In this document: piece after piece, positions 50,595-63,942 of the stretch | How the letters are laid out: every line of letters starts with the position of its first letter | Numbering within the stretch: the first letter of the stretch is position 1 | Source of the DNA: Octopus bimaculoides | Taxonomy: Eukaryota | Assembly: GCF_001194135.2 (NCBI RefSeq) | Contig: NC_068985.1 | Span: 47,968,262 to 48,032,261 of the forward strand | DNA: 64,000 nt | Reading direction: 5' to 3' | Translations under genes and position numbers: made by a program | Notes under the pieces: model-generated | What the model was told of the DNA's origin: nothing | The model's input: the letters and a program-made list of their open reading frames with translations, nothing else | Databases searched by the model: none

Positions 50595-52404
50595 ATCCCG
50601 CACTTGTGAGGCTGACGAGTTTCAAAATACCAAGTGTCACCATATACCCAAATCCATGATGGATACGATTATTTTTAAAGTTAGTTTAGATATTATAAAT
50701 TCCTAGTTCTAGATTCGTATTATGTATATGTCTCTGAAGATATCTAGCGTCGATCAGATCTAAGATCTATTGACCTCTGAGTAGATACAAACTTTCGTTT
50801 GATACACATTTTGATACAAGGCCAGCAGCTTCAGGGGTAAGTCGATGCCATCCACTCTAATGTTCAACTGGTAATTATTTTGTCAATGATGTGAGAAATA
50901 ACACAAAAATTGAAAACGACTGCTCATAAATGATTTGATACAGATTCCAAATAATAATTGAAATAATCTTAAAGATGCTAATTATTTTAAATCTTTTAAC
51001 TTTTTAAAACTTGCTTCAGTTTTATTTTCTTTATTGAAATATGTTCTAGTCGTGTTTTAAAATGTTGCTATTGAATATCAAATATGTTAGTAATATATTA
51101 AGATGTGTCTATAAAAATGTTTATAGTAGAAAATTTTTATATTTAAGAACTTGTAATACGTTAAAATTCGCATATTAAAATGACTGTGGTTTCTTTCACT
51201 AAGAAAGATTGTTGCGAAATGTTCTTGTCATATCTTTGGATCTTTTAGTTCATTTTAGAAGCAGGTAGATTATGTCACTTATTGGCGTCTTCGGTAGAGA
51301 GATAGCAGAAAGTTTTGCATATTTGATTATGTCTATTATATTGTATATTCAAACCTTTTTCAGTTGTTTTTATCTTTCCTCGTTACTTTTAATAATAATG
51401 ACATGACAATAACGTGACGTATTATGTATCCATTTACGTTCCATCTAACGCTTATTCTATTAAGCAACATTTCATTCAGAGATATCGTTGAGCAGCCTAG
51501 CTCATCTGGAATGACACAACATTTCAATGGAAGATATTTCAATACTGAAATCCTTTCCAGCTTTAAATATGTTTATTTGTATATAAGCTATGTTGTTCAA
51601 TTGTAGCTTATTTTTGAAAAAAGTAGTTTATGGTTTGAGGGAGAGTTCGCTCCCGTTTCTAGCTGATCGAACTAGAATGGAGCAAGTATGTATACTTGCT
51701 CCATTATTGGTTCATTTTTCATCGTGTTTATTGACGCTATAATGTGAGATATAACATATTAAAAGTTAATATCTCTTGCACTGTTTGTTCAGGAGATTTA
51801 ATAATGAGTAAATAGAAATTTGGAGTGGAAAAAGTTATAGCCTACATTGAAATGAGAAAAAAAGAGTTACGCCGAACCAAGGTAATTTAATAAATAAATG
51901 AAAATGATTTATGAACCGAAAAAGGGCCAGCGTGTAAATAGTTAATCCTATATATCATACAAGCAAAATGGAAAATAAAAAGGGAAACAAAATTTCTTTC
52001 AATTTACTTTATTACTCATAATATCCATTAATAGAAAAATTTCAAAAAATGGAATAGATTCGTTCATTAGCTGCAACTAAGAGAGCAATTAATTACCCTA
52101 TTAATTGGAACTGAATGAAAGGAAAAGACATAATTTTAAAAACATAGATCAAATTCTTGTTAGACAATATGTTCATATCTAAGTCTGCAAATCAGCAAAT
52201 TAAGTGCATTATATGGCATCTTAAGTGCCATGAAGACAGTACTTCACTGAAAAAATATGATAAGATATAATTTTATAAAGATATAAAAGATATAATCTAT
52301 CATTCTTACCGAAATAGTACAAACAATATTAATCATTGGGCTAATATTTATCTTTTTACTGCACACTCATTTCTAGTTACACACACATATATATATATAT
52401 ATAT

Positions 52405-52631
52405 ATAGTCAATTCAAATATGAACAAGCAAGAAAAAACACGAAGAAAAAACACGAAAAAACAACACCGCGAGGACGTGCAATAAGTACAGTGTTATTGG
52501 ACGCTCAGGAAAGGAAAGGAAAGAAAAGAAAGAAGATTTCACGTTTCGAGCGGAGATCTTCATCAGAAATATAGGAAAAGTCCAAAGAAGGGAAGACAGA
52601 GAAAGAAAGTCGCTAACGATGCACGCGCGGT

Positions 52632-52635
<4 letters not shown>
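52405..52635 (-). mobile_element. ORF-less PLE-associated repeat inserted in (CA)n(TA)n
   Basis: Carries a hammerhead core; cacacacatatatata flanks both sides. Confidence 0.65.
52536..52570 (-). ncRNA. Minimal type I hammerhead ribozyme motif (probably inactive copy)
   Basis: attt-CTGATGA-a-gatctccgctc-GAAAC-GTG-aaat; stem I attt/aaat; cleavage triplet is GTG, not NUH. Confidence 0.65.
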
Positions 52636-52666
<31 letters not shown>

Positions 52667-52667
52667 C

Positions 52668-52940
52668 ATGGTATCGACCAGTCTATTTGACTTCGTTGTA
52701 GATCGCAGGTCATAATGCGCTTCGCATTGTTTCAGCTTTCGAATGACGCCACCCCGCTGGTTAGGTGAGCAGGCCTACATTCAATCTGATCGGTACGCCA
52801 TTCCTTCCCAGTGTTAACCATTTACAGCTGAGTGGACTGGTGCAACGAGAAATGAAGTGTTTTGCTCAAAAACACAATGCGCTGCAGAATCCAAGAATCA
52901 AACCCATGACCTATCGATCGAGGGTGCTGCACCACTAGAA
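52668..52940 (-). mobile_element. tRNA-derived SINE family B
   Basis: cagctgagtggactgg core; head ctagtggtgcagc..gggtttgattctt. Confidence 0.8.
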
Positions 52941-53379
52941 CATACTTCACATACGGACACAATTATATGAATATATACATATACATATAAATGCTGGTCT
53001 TAGACAATTTTTTTCGTTTTATAAGGGTAATTTACCCAGTATTTCCGCTGTTCTAACTGCAATTCTGCGTTGGAAAAAATATCATCTCATTTCTATCATT
53101 CAGTACACATTTCGACGCTTATAAAAACATGTCAGTTTGTATATATTTATACACGTGGTTGTACAATTAGCGTTTAAAATCGTGGATGGATTTGTCAGCA
53201 GGCAGTTTAACTTCATGGTAAAGCACACAACCGGTGTTTTTCAGGAGTATGGGTTCGCGTCCCATCGCTTGTTGTTGACAAATTTTTCCGCTTTGAAAGA
53301 GGTAATTTGTCCAGTGTTTCTGTTGTTTTAACGGCAAGTCTGCGTTCGAAAACAGAATCATCAAATTTGTATCATTCAT

Positions 53380-53429
<50 letters not shown>

Positions 53430-53475
53430 GTTGTGTGTGTGTGTGTGTGTATTATGTATATATATATATGTATAT

Positions 53476-53520
<45 letters not shown>

Positions 53521-54000
53521 GACAACACAATAAAAATTCTCGATAAAGCTACAACTATTCAGATGATTTGGGATAAATTAAATGACAAATAACGTGCATT
53601 TTATTTATATGTTTAGGTTAAATTTCAACCGGTTTTCACTCTCGGCGCTGTTCAAAGATGAATGAGAGAGGCAGGGTTTCAAGTAGTACCAAGTGAGGCA
53701 GATACAGTAATGTGACTTTAGTCGATAGATAAACTGAGATTTGAATTTGTTGTTGACTTATGAAGACTCAGGGTATCAAATGAAAAGGCGGGGGTGTTTA
53801 GGAAGGAAATTGAACAGTTAAAGTGAACAGTTAAAGTTATGGAGACATCTTAGTTATTCATATTTTTGTAATTGTGTAGTCATTCCTGTTTTTGTGCCTG
53901 TTTAATCATTCCAAGCAGGCATCTCTTTTAACAAATGTAAGAAATACGCTTAACAGTTGAACATTCACTAGTAAATTCCCTAGCCATAGAAACATACAAT

Positions 54001-54225
54001 TTACTGTAATTCAGAACGTCTTATCGTTCCAGCAGCTAAAATGGAAAAGGCGTTGCCCCGGCGGATGGTGAAGTAGATGCACTGGAACAGCCACTCTGTG
54101 TCATGGGGCTCGCACTTGCCGTCTCCGCCCAGATGGCGTTAAGCAGAGGTCGAGAAGGCTGGAGGTTTCCACTGCCACGGGCTTGACCTAAGCGCGACAT
54201 AAATCGACCGGTACTGAACAAGGGA
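54001..54225 (-). mobile_element. CRE-clade non-LTR retrotransposon C-terminal fragment
   Basis: KPVAVETSS, then after a frameshift TEWLFQCIYFTIRRGNAFSILAAG; GC-rich island. Confidence 0.7.
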
Positions 54226-55488
54226 GACTGACAGGCAGACACAATAATGGGAGTAAGGTAGACATACATTTGTGTGTTTGCGCGCGCATATGTGTGTAAC
54301 TAAATTAGCATATTAGATTAGATTAAACAGCTAAATAACATAAGTAACTGAAAATTTGAACATAAATCGAAGAAATATTTTTGTCAAGGAGACTAAAACA
54401 TAATATTGTTCTATTTGATTTATATAATAGACTAATGACTGTGATTTCGATTTGATATTTAACAAGAGGCAATAAGGAAATATCTAAAATTTTAAAATTT
54501 TCGACTTAACTAACGAGGCCTCTTGATATTTTATTTTAAAATGCTTCAGTCAGAATACATTAGTCTCGCATAATTATGCCGATACAGTTGTTAATGCCAT
54601 GGGGCACTCTTACTTGACAGATTATGACGTCTTCCAATCTCCTTTGTTGATCACTTCTCTCATAAATGATGAAGCCAATCTAGGAGACATATCGATGATT
54701 ATGCTTGACAACTTAAATTGTTGCTGCCGATTTACTGTAGGGAATCTTCGCCGGAGACGGATTTTTCATTTCCTTCTCTCATGGTCTTTCAAATAATACA
54801 CATCTTTCGAATTTATTCTATGAGATGATCGATCCGTTACCGTCATAATTGCTTCAACTAGACAGAAATTATATGGCGTAGGCTCAAGTGTTTTCTTAAT
54901 GTGCTTTTTGCACAGTTTTTTTTTTATCTGGAAACGTGGAGCATCTGCCTTATAAAGGATTTTAGCCAGTCTATCCTCAGGCTTCCTGATAACCTGTCGT
55001 AACAATAGTAACTAAGGGCCGAAAAAGAATTTTTCAGCAATAATCGTATTTTGTCTTTTTCGAATATCCGTGAAAGGGATGTTATGTTGCCATGTTAGAC
55101 CAACATATAGTTGTATAAAGCTGCTAATGTGAAATGATTCCAGATTCTTCAAGAGTCTTGTTCTCACAACTATAAAAATGGTTGATATTTGAAATACTGA
55201 TCATATGACGTTTTAAAATTCTGAAGCTGAATACGGTATTACTTTTTAAGAGTGTTTTCCATACAAATAGTTATATTTAATATAACTTAAAATGGAAACA
55301 TATATCTAACAGAGTGATAAATAAAGGAATTCATTTTAAAAACACATAATTCTGCGTTCATTCTACTGAATTACATGTTAGGCAAGTGTCTTTCTACCAT
55401 GTTGTCGGATTTACCAGGGCGTTATGTGTTAAATTTCATAGACAGACATAATGTGAAGCCTGTTGAATCTAAACGCATGCACAAGTAT

Positions 55489-55538
<50 letters not shown>

Positions 55539-57570
55539 ACACACACATACGCACGCATGCATGCACACAGAAAAACACGACCGCACACACACTGACACAA
55601 ATACACACGTCCGCACTGACACACACGCGCGCACACACATACACATATACACATATATAATCATTACTGTGGTTATTAATTTGAAGAACTCAAAATGTCC
55701 TCAGATTATTCAAAGACGATGACGTTCGATTTGAGGGAGCGTCTACCTTGTATACTGATGCTCGAGATAGAACGTTCAACACAGCAGCTACTATGAAAAT
55801 TTTAAGGTGATTCTTTGAAATAATCATTTATCCCTGCTTAGAAATTGATGTCCTTCCAAATATAAAGGACTGCTTAGCTATGTATTTGCCCCGACCTATT
55901 GACCAAAAAGCCCTATCTTGTTGCTGATAACTGTTAACCATTATATTCAATTGATATATAAATTACTATTGTCATGAAAGCACATCATTACTTGCAGAAG
56001 AATTATGTTATTTATTAAACCGTTCGTTTTCTATATTCAATATGCGCTAAATCGGAATATTTAATTGCGTTGGCCAGAATTTTTCATCGTATTTGCTCCG
56101 ACTGTCAGAGAAGTGAGTTCCAGCCCTTTCGAGATTTTCTCTATCTTTCTTCCTCTAGGATTCAATGAAAATATACCAGTCCAAAGCGACCTTTAGCAAT
56201 TTGTCAGAGGGTTGGACGGGATAGCTTGCAGCATCTGTTCCGGTACTGTGTATTATATGTTCAAAAACTGCCCTGTCACCGAATAACACTTATGTCTGAA
56301 ATTGCCAGGAATTGCACCCGACTGATAATTCAACTATCTGGAAAACTAACTGAAATAGTTTCTTTACTTTTATCAACGGCCATATTATTGATGAGGGATC
56401 TTCTATGCGGTAGCCACTGTGCTAGAAAATACAGTGAAATATATTCCATCAAATCACATCTTGTGCTCTGAAGAAAAAGGAACTAAACCATTTTTCAATT
56501 ACTCGTAGATATGCAAACATAACATGGGATGGTCACTGATGGAACGCCTCAAAGCTTTACGTTAGCAAGACTAAACAGGGAGAGCATACGCATAAGCACG
56601 GAGCTCGATATCTTTTTCAACCTTCATCCAATTAATAATTTCATTATAAGTAAATAAATAGAAAAATCTGTCCGGTAAATTATAAAACATATCTAATGGT
56701 TTACAAATCTCAGTTTATATAATGTTCACATCACTCAGCTGACACTACTATATCAGGCGCCATCTTTCTTGACGCCATATATAGTGACGCCAACAAATAT
56801 CTGGTTAAATTGCTCCACAGCGTCCAGCAATTTGAAGTTGTTTACAAACCAACAATCTTGGACAAAAGTCCAATTTCCTCTCTCTTATCGGAAATTCAAC
56901 CGTTTAAATTTTTTTAAAAACTTTATTTAGATTGATTAATAACTTGACGTCATGTGAAATTTATTTCGAATTAAAATAAATTGTTTTTTTGCTTTTAGAT
57001 TTTAATTATCTGTCGATAATATTTTAATTACAAAAATGTGGAAATATGAAAACAGGGAGTTCTCATATGAGCATGGACAACTAATTTAAACAACATGTGG
57101 TCTCCGTATTGCGCTAACTTTTATTTCTTTTATTTTGATATAGCCTTCACATTGACACATACACACGCGCGCATACATACATACATATTTACATACATAC
57201 ATACATAAATACATATATACATGTGTGTGTGTATATGTGTGTGTATGTGTGTGTGTGAGTGTGTGTATGTATGTGTGTGTGTGAATGTGACAAGGTATGA
57301 AGTTGCAAGTACGTAAGTCATATGTTTGTGCATGTAAATTAGGAGTAAGATTTTCTTTGAGAAAAAAAAATAAAGGCCAAAAATTGCTGAAATTAAGTCT
57401 CGTGTATTGAGGTTTGATCATATTTCCTTATTAGTCATTTAGGTTAATTATTGAACCTACGTAAATATAAAGAGTGGCAAGTGTCAGGTATTGAACTTTT
57501 CAAATATGTTTCATTAATGATATATTGGATCTCTGCTTCTCAAACGTAGTAGTACTTAATGCACACGCAT

Positions 57571-57631
<61 letters not shown>

Positions 57632-57633
<2 letters not shown>

Positions 57634-57718
57634 GAACAATATGCACCGCCCGGTTCGAGAATAAAACCCACGATCTTGCGATCGTGAGTTCGAAAGCTTA
57701 ATCGTAAGCCAAGCACCT
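57632..57718 (-). mobile_element. SINE family B-type head fragment
   Basis: Minus strand ggtgcttggcttacgattaag..cacgatcgcaagatcgtgggttttattctcg. Confidence 0.6.
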
Positions 57719-57759
57719 TCACACACACAGAGACACACACACACACATATACATATATA

Positions 57760-57941
57760 TACGAGGGTTGATCAATAAGTATCCGGACTGTTGCCATAGT
57801 AACAAAAGTAAAGGACGCAGAGTAAAGTCACTTGGCACACATTGACCATGAACTCTGTTGTACAAACGCTCTAACTTTTAACATTCTCGCTCACTTCTGC
57901 TGTTTACAGCAGTGCTTGGAAAGCAGTGTGTAGCGTGTGAT
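57760..57941 (+). mobile_element. Mariner family 2 left end (TA + TIR + 5' UTR only)
   Basis: ta-cgagggttgatcaataagtatccggactgttgccatagtaac; homologous to 15429-15610. Confidence 0.88.
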
Positions 57942-57942
57942 A

Positions 57943-58532
57943 TGGCCCCTATTTTGTTTGCATTCTTCTTGTCTGTGATGCTGAGGTATGCTTTTGGTGA
58001 CATACAAAGTGATGTCAAATTCCAGTTTCGAATAAGTGGTGGACTATTCAATCATTAGCGTTTCAAAGCCAGAACACTGCTACGCACCAGTATTATTCGT
58101 GATCTTCATTTTTACAGATGATACTGCACTAGTAGCGACCTCCTTAAAGGAAGCTTAGGAACTTCTGCTGCATATAAAACTTCTGGTTTCACCATCAGCA
58201 TAATGAGGACGGAAGTAATCCACCAACCTTGCCCTTCTTCTAAAAAAATTCGAGGTATCAAGGAGAGGCCACCGATTCACAATTTTCCTGACACTCTTAC
58301 ACAGGTTGATGGGAAAAGTCTAAATTATGCGAAGTCATTTATATATCTTGGTAGTAAAGTGAGTTTAAGCGCTTCCCTACATGATGAAATCGTGAACTGT
58401 CTTGCAAAGGCAATCAATGCATCTGGCAAATTCCATCATCGCCTATGGAAGGAAAGGGGCATCAAACTTGAAACCAAAGTAAAGACCTATAAAGCAGCCA
58501 TTCTTACTACTCTCATGTATGACTCAGACATC
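57943..58532 (+). mobile_element. RTE-clade LINE RT fragment
   Basis: APILFAFFLSVML; GGLFNH*RFKA; IRDLHFTDDTAL; FIYLGS; DEIVNCLAKA; LWKERGIKLETKVKTYKAAILTTLMY. Confidence 0.92.
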
Positions 58533-58585
58533 TTCTACAAAGATGTACACATATATATGTATATAATAATAATAATAATAATAAT

Positions 58586-58966
58586 GATCATGAAGAAAAA
58601 AAATGCTTTCTAATTGATGTATCAATACCAGCAGATGACAACGTTTCTCTGAAAGAAATAGAAAAACTTTCAAAATACAAAGACCTGGAAATAGAGATAA
58701 CTCGAATGTGGAATCTAAAAACAGAAACAATTCCTATCATAGTAGGTGCCTTAGGTATAATAAAAAAATATTCAGACAAATACATAACAAAAATAGCAGG
58801 ACTTACAAATATATATAACATACAGAAAATTGCACTACTTGGTACTGCACACATCCTACGCAAAACACTTTCAATACAGTAAACATAAGAGCACCACAGC
58901 ACATACCCAAGGCGCACAGAGCTGCGCTCGGTAGTGAAGTGAAAGCACGTTATAAAAATAAAACTA

Positions 58967-59046
<80 letters not shown>
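58586..59046 (+). mobile_element. Young 5'-truncated R4/Dong 3' end embedded in (TAA)n
   Basis: Uninterrupted 98 codons DHEEKKCFLIDVSIPADDNVSLKEIEKLSKYKDLEIEITRMWNLK..PIIVGALG..ALLGTAHILRKTLSIQ* (58586-58882), ~87-bp 3' UTR, (AAT)n on both sides. Confidence 0.95.
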
Positions 59047-59047
<1 letters not shown>

Positions 59048-59879
59048 GGAGTTACGACGCAAAAACGTATATATTCAAATGAACATATTTATCTTCTTCG
59101 ATATATATTTCAGTATAAATAATTCATTAAGAGACTTAATAAATTAACATTTCTTTACACATCTTCAGGAAAAATAAACATAACACCAGAAAACTACATT
59201 CGGTTTTAAAATATATATATATCACTTATTTCCGTATAACAATATAGCAGGTACAAGGCTCAAGCATTTTCAGTCCGCGCCCCGAAGAGTTTCCTGCGAG
59301 ACAGGATTAGTGAGCTAATTAAATACGAATTAACGGAAGGTAGTTAAAGACAACAGTATCTTTGGGTTTGAAAATTTGACAACATTAGTACAATAATTTA
59401 TTGCTGACAGTGATGTGTTAGCTGTCACAAAAAAAATTAATAGAAAGCTTTGAACGATATCTCCAATGTAGAAATTTAGTATTGCATTTTCCAAAATATG
59501 GTAAATGGAATGAAAAGAGAGTGCTCTAAATAGAGGAAACGTAGTGGCAATACAGAGGCTGTGTAATATTTGATTGTAACTAGATTCTTGTCAAACTGTC
59601 CCGATGAAACAAAGGAGCTGGCCTCTTTATCACAGTCGTGATCGGACCGAAAATAAAGGAAACAAAATTTAGAAACAATATAAAATAAAGTGGCGCAATA
59701 AAGTCATTGTTTTCGAACTCAAAGATCAGCGGCAAAAGTACTTGATTCTCGATCCAGAAAAATAACAACAATTATGATCGTTTAAAATTTGGTACGATAC
59801 CAATAATAATAATAACAAAAATAGATTCAGTTTTGAGCTTAAAGTCAGAAATTCTTAAGGGACATGTTAACCGAATACA

Positions 59880-60050
59880 TCGACATCAACACCCACCCAC
59901 CCATTGCTCGAATAACACTTGTTTCATGGGCATTGTCATCATGAGAGACAAAGCTGTCTTGATGAGATTTGAATTTAGAACATAAAGAGCTGGGACAAAT
60001 ACAGCTAAACATTTTCCAACGCTCTGAGAATTCCTAGCGATCGTCGCTTT
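59880..60050 (-). mobile_element. Diverged SINE family A
   Basis: gagatttgaatttagaac..cattttccaacgctct. Confidence 0.5.
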
Positions 60051-60068
60051 GATAACAGTAGTAACAAC

Positions 60069-60117
<49 letters not shown>

Positions 60118-61709
60118 GTGTTTCATTGGGGCCAAAAGTCTTTATTATTGAGCCCAAAGTATTTCAAAATTGTGGGAACATATTTACTTTATTTGTGAAG
60201 TTACAACAAATGTAGCCTAGCGTTCAAAGTAGAGGACATCGTATTGCGCCGTCTGAAGCCAACTTTAGAACTGCTATTTTTGGGAACCACAGGTAAAGAA
60301 CTGATGCTTCCTCCTCTTCTTGATTTACGAAGTGTCGTGAACGCAGGAATTGAGCCATAGTACAGGTTATTGATATTTAAACTTGCTTAATTACTTTCCA
60401 CACCGAATAAAAACAACGTCTAGAAGAAAGATTCTTTACTAATTTACATCATGGTCCCTTGATGCTTTCCATATTTGCCCTTATTCTGTATTGTGGTTTT
60501 CCGGATGATCCCTGTTGAAACAAGAACGTGCCTGACATTGAAAGACGATAAATTAATCTATCAGTCAAATACTGGGATATGTAAGCGTCTATCCCTTGAT
60601 CATAATTACTGACCTTGTAACATAATTGGAAATAATAATTATAACGTACTTACACTAAATCTAGCTGAAACTGATGATTTTAATCTATATTCATCCAATT
60701 CAGCAAACTGAAGTTCCACTGTTGGATTATGCTTTAGTATGCCGTTAGTAGTATATCTATACTGGTTGTCTACTCTACGTGTCCATGTTAATCAATTTCA
60801 GGAAGATGGAATGCTCCAAATATTGAATAATTAGTTCTTATCATTGACAAATACAGAGAATTTTGAGTCAAACTCGGATCCGAGTTTAGGGCGCTAAAAT
60901 CCAAAAGTAGAATCCGAAACAAAATTTAGTTTCGATATGAATTCAGATCGCAAAGAGCGTGATCGGATCACACAAACCATTCTATCCAAGCATACCACCA
61001 CGCTTCTTTATACAATAGTTGTATCAATGACGAATAGGCAGTATAAAACCTGCATAAACACAAGGCGTCTGCCTCCATTCGTTCACGAAGTTTATTATCC
61101 AATATATTATGTGTATTTGATTGATTGATAAAGATTTAAGACTTGTAAATATATTTTCTTCTGATTCAGACTTGACGGAGTCATGAGATCAACATACAGC
61201 CGGACACATGTCGATTCTATACAAGCTTCGACGAGCAAATGTCCATGACGAGACACATTTGGTAGAAACGAGTGAAAATTCGATGAATTCCAATGTTTGA
61301 TCATACGTTTTCTGCGAAGTGTTGTTAATATATTGTAATGAACCAAATCTTTATAAAATGGATCTGAACATGAGTGGTGTATGTAGACATACATACACGC
61401 AAACAAATATGTGTAGGCATTTGGAAATACAACTGCTGCTATTGGTATTCTTTCTGCCACTGCTGCTAATACTACTACTGGTGCTGTAACGATATTTTAT
61501 TCGGAGCACTTATGGATATGATATCATTTATCTGTCCATGTTATCCACTAAGAAAAGTATTTGTTATATGTCTATCTCTTGACTTATTCTCTCTCAATTT
61601 AGTTTTCACTGTCATGGACAAGTGACATCTACTGTAGAGTGGGGCTAAACAAAATGTTGCGAATATATTAGGTAGATGAAAACTGAACGAAACCGATCAT
61701 GTATACACA

Positions 61710-61798
<89 letters not shown>

Positions 61799-61819
61799 AG
61801 GATTCGGATAGATTCAGGT

Positions 61820-62470
61820 ACTTGAATAATGCGGGGTTTTTTTATACTTCTTTTATTTTTCAAAATTACGATTAACAAACTTCTTTTTTAATCTAAAATA
61901 TACTCTCCTTCATTTTCTACAATGCTCTCCCATCTATCTGGTAGCCTTGCAAGGCCTCTCTTCTAAAACTCACTTAACCGCGATAAGAAATACTCCTCCA
62001 GTCCTAATTCTTATGTCTAGAGAATACATAGTTTTCCGTCCAAATGATTTTGAAGATTGCGGAATAAATGTTAATCAGATGGAGCAATGTCCGGCGAATA
62101 TAGTGGATGGGGCGGCATTTTCCATTCAAACCACTTTAGCCTTTCGAATGTCATTCTCGTTGTATGTGGCCGAGCATTATTCTGATGGAAGAACACCTTT
62201 CATTTTGAAACTAAATATGATCTTCCTTTTAACGCTGACTTAAGCCGCTCAAGCTGCTCGCAGTACATCTTTGTTATCGTTTGGTTTGAGTGTAAAAGTT
62301 CAAAATGGACTAAACTTTTCATATCCACCAAAACAGATAACAACACCTTACGTGGGTGAAGACCTTCTTTGGCCCGGGGTGCCGGCGTTTCTCTTTTCTC
62401 TACCCATTGTCTTCGACGCTTAACGTTTTTGTACAGAACCAATTTCTCGTCAACAGTCTTTATACTGCAT
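61820..62470 (-). mobile_element. Mariner (DD34D) transposase 3' half, decayed
   Basis: VDEKLVLYKNVKRRRQW..LHPRKVLLSV..FELL; FHQNNARPH; HPLYSPDIAPSD*HLF; LPDRWESIVENEGEY. Confidence 0.92.
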
Positions 62471-62828
62471 TAATATTCCTCGTAATTTTTGTTGCCTCGT
62501 TGCATTTATCGAACTCATAAAGCAAAATGTGCCGAATATGCTCGTTTGTCACAATATAGCTTTGAAAAAAATAACTGTTAAAATCGAGCTGCACTCTTCA
62601 AAAGTTTCACTAAGAATAAGCACAAGGAAAAATTACTACCTGCTTTTATAGCAAGTTGATGCAGGTAGTCTATCTCGTCCGCTTCCGACTTTTGGTTCAT
62701 GCAATTGAAAATCCAGATTATTTATGGAATGACACAATATATATATATATATATATACAGAAATAGGGAGACATTGACTGACAGATATATATATTACACA
62801 CAAACACCCATATAAAAATGTGTTTGTG

Positions 62829-62874
<46 letters not shown>

Positions 62875-63124
62875 TGTGTGTGTGCGTGTATGTGTGTGAG
62901 TGTGTGTTTTGCAGACGCTCTCACTCATTTTAATTGCATCTCCTTTTTCTGGGCGTATCATACTTGCCTGCAATTCGACGCACGAAAAAAGAAAATCTTA
63001 TTTAGATACATAATATATTTCACAACTTGTACTGAGTACTTTCTTCCTGTTTCAGTGTCATGCTAACACATTTGAATGCATATGTATTCATTTTTGCACA
63101 TTCACATGTATGTAATCGTGTGTA

Positions 63125-63163
<39 letters not shown>

Positions 63164-63942
63164 GTGTATGGCTGTTTGGTTGTTTGGGGTTCTGTGTGTG
63201 GATATGATAATCTACGTTAGGTTGCATGCATGTGTGTGTTGAGGGAATGCTATTAAAGAAGAATAATATCATGCTCATACATACACACTCACATAAGCTC
63301 ACGTACCTATATACATTCACTCACACGCGCACATGCACACATCCTCCCCCCCCCCCACACCGCTTCCATGAAATATACACGCTCTCAATATGTTAGTGCA
63401 TCTGTGTACACAAATGCATGGTAAAACGAACGAGGAAAATGGACTGGAATGTAATAGCATTAAAACAGAGGAGCGAGCTGAGCAAATATTTAGAAACAAT
63501 TCAAGCCGTGGTGTAAATATGATATGAAATAAATGGACAGTGAAATGTAAAAAGAATTGCCGAAAGATAATGCAAAAAATGATAAAGTAAACAAGTGTAT
63601 AAACAAAAATACTTGGAAGACACAGATTGATAGATTGCATTGTAATACAAAACTGTGTGGTTGGAGATACGTAAACAGTTGTGAGGTGAACGATGGAGAC
63701 GGAGAAAGAAAGATGGACATATCTGTCTGTCTTACATTGTTAATTCCACTTACTCTCTCCTTCACTATCTCACTCTCACTTTTTCTCCATATATGTGTTT
63801 GGTTGTGTGAGTAAGTGTGTAAGAGTGTGTGTATTCGTGTGCGTGTGTGTGCATGTGTCTGTGCGTGTGCTTATTGAAACTCTGTTACAGGTTTCAGTCA
63901 CTGCGGATAAGATGAAGACTGCTTGTTAATCAAAATATACAT

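Noticed and set aside
54590-55060. Protein-like minus-strand ORF (LRQVIRKPEDRLAKILYKADAPRF..)
   Set aside because: Could not be matched to any family motif; left unassigned.
56135-56471. Strong + strand acceptor (ttcttcctctag) and a Cys-rich stretch ACSICSGTVYYMFKNCP..HLCLK
   Set aside because: All three phases stop within ~65 nt of the acceptor. The Cys pattern only loosely resembles a piggyBac C-terminus.
60870-60887. Perfect 18-bp palindrome aaactcggatccgagttt
   Set aside because: Short, isolated and with no associated element ends, so there is no supportable function.
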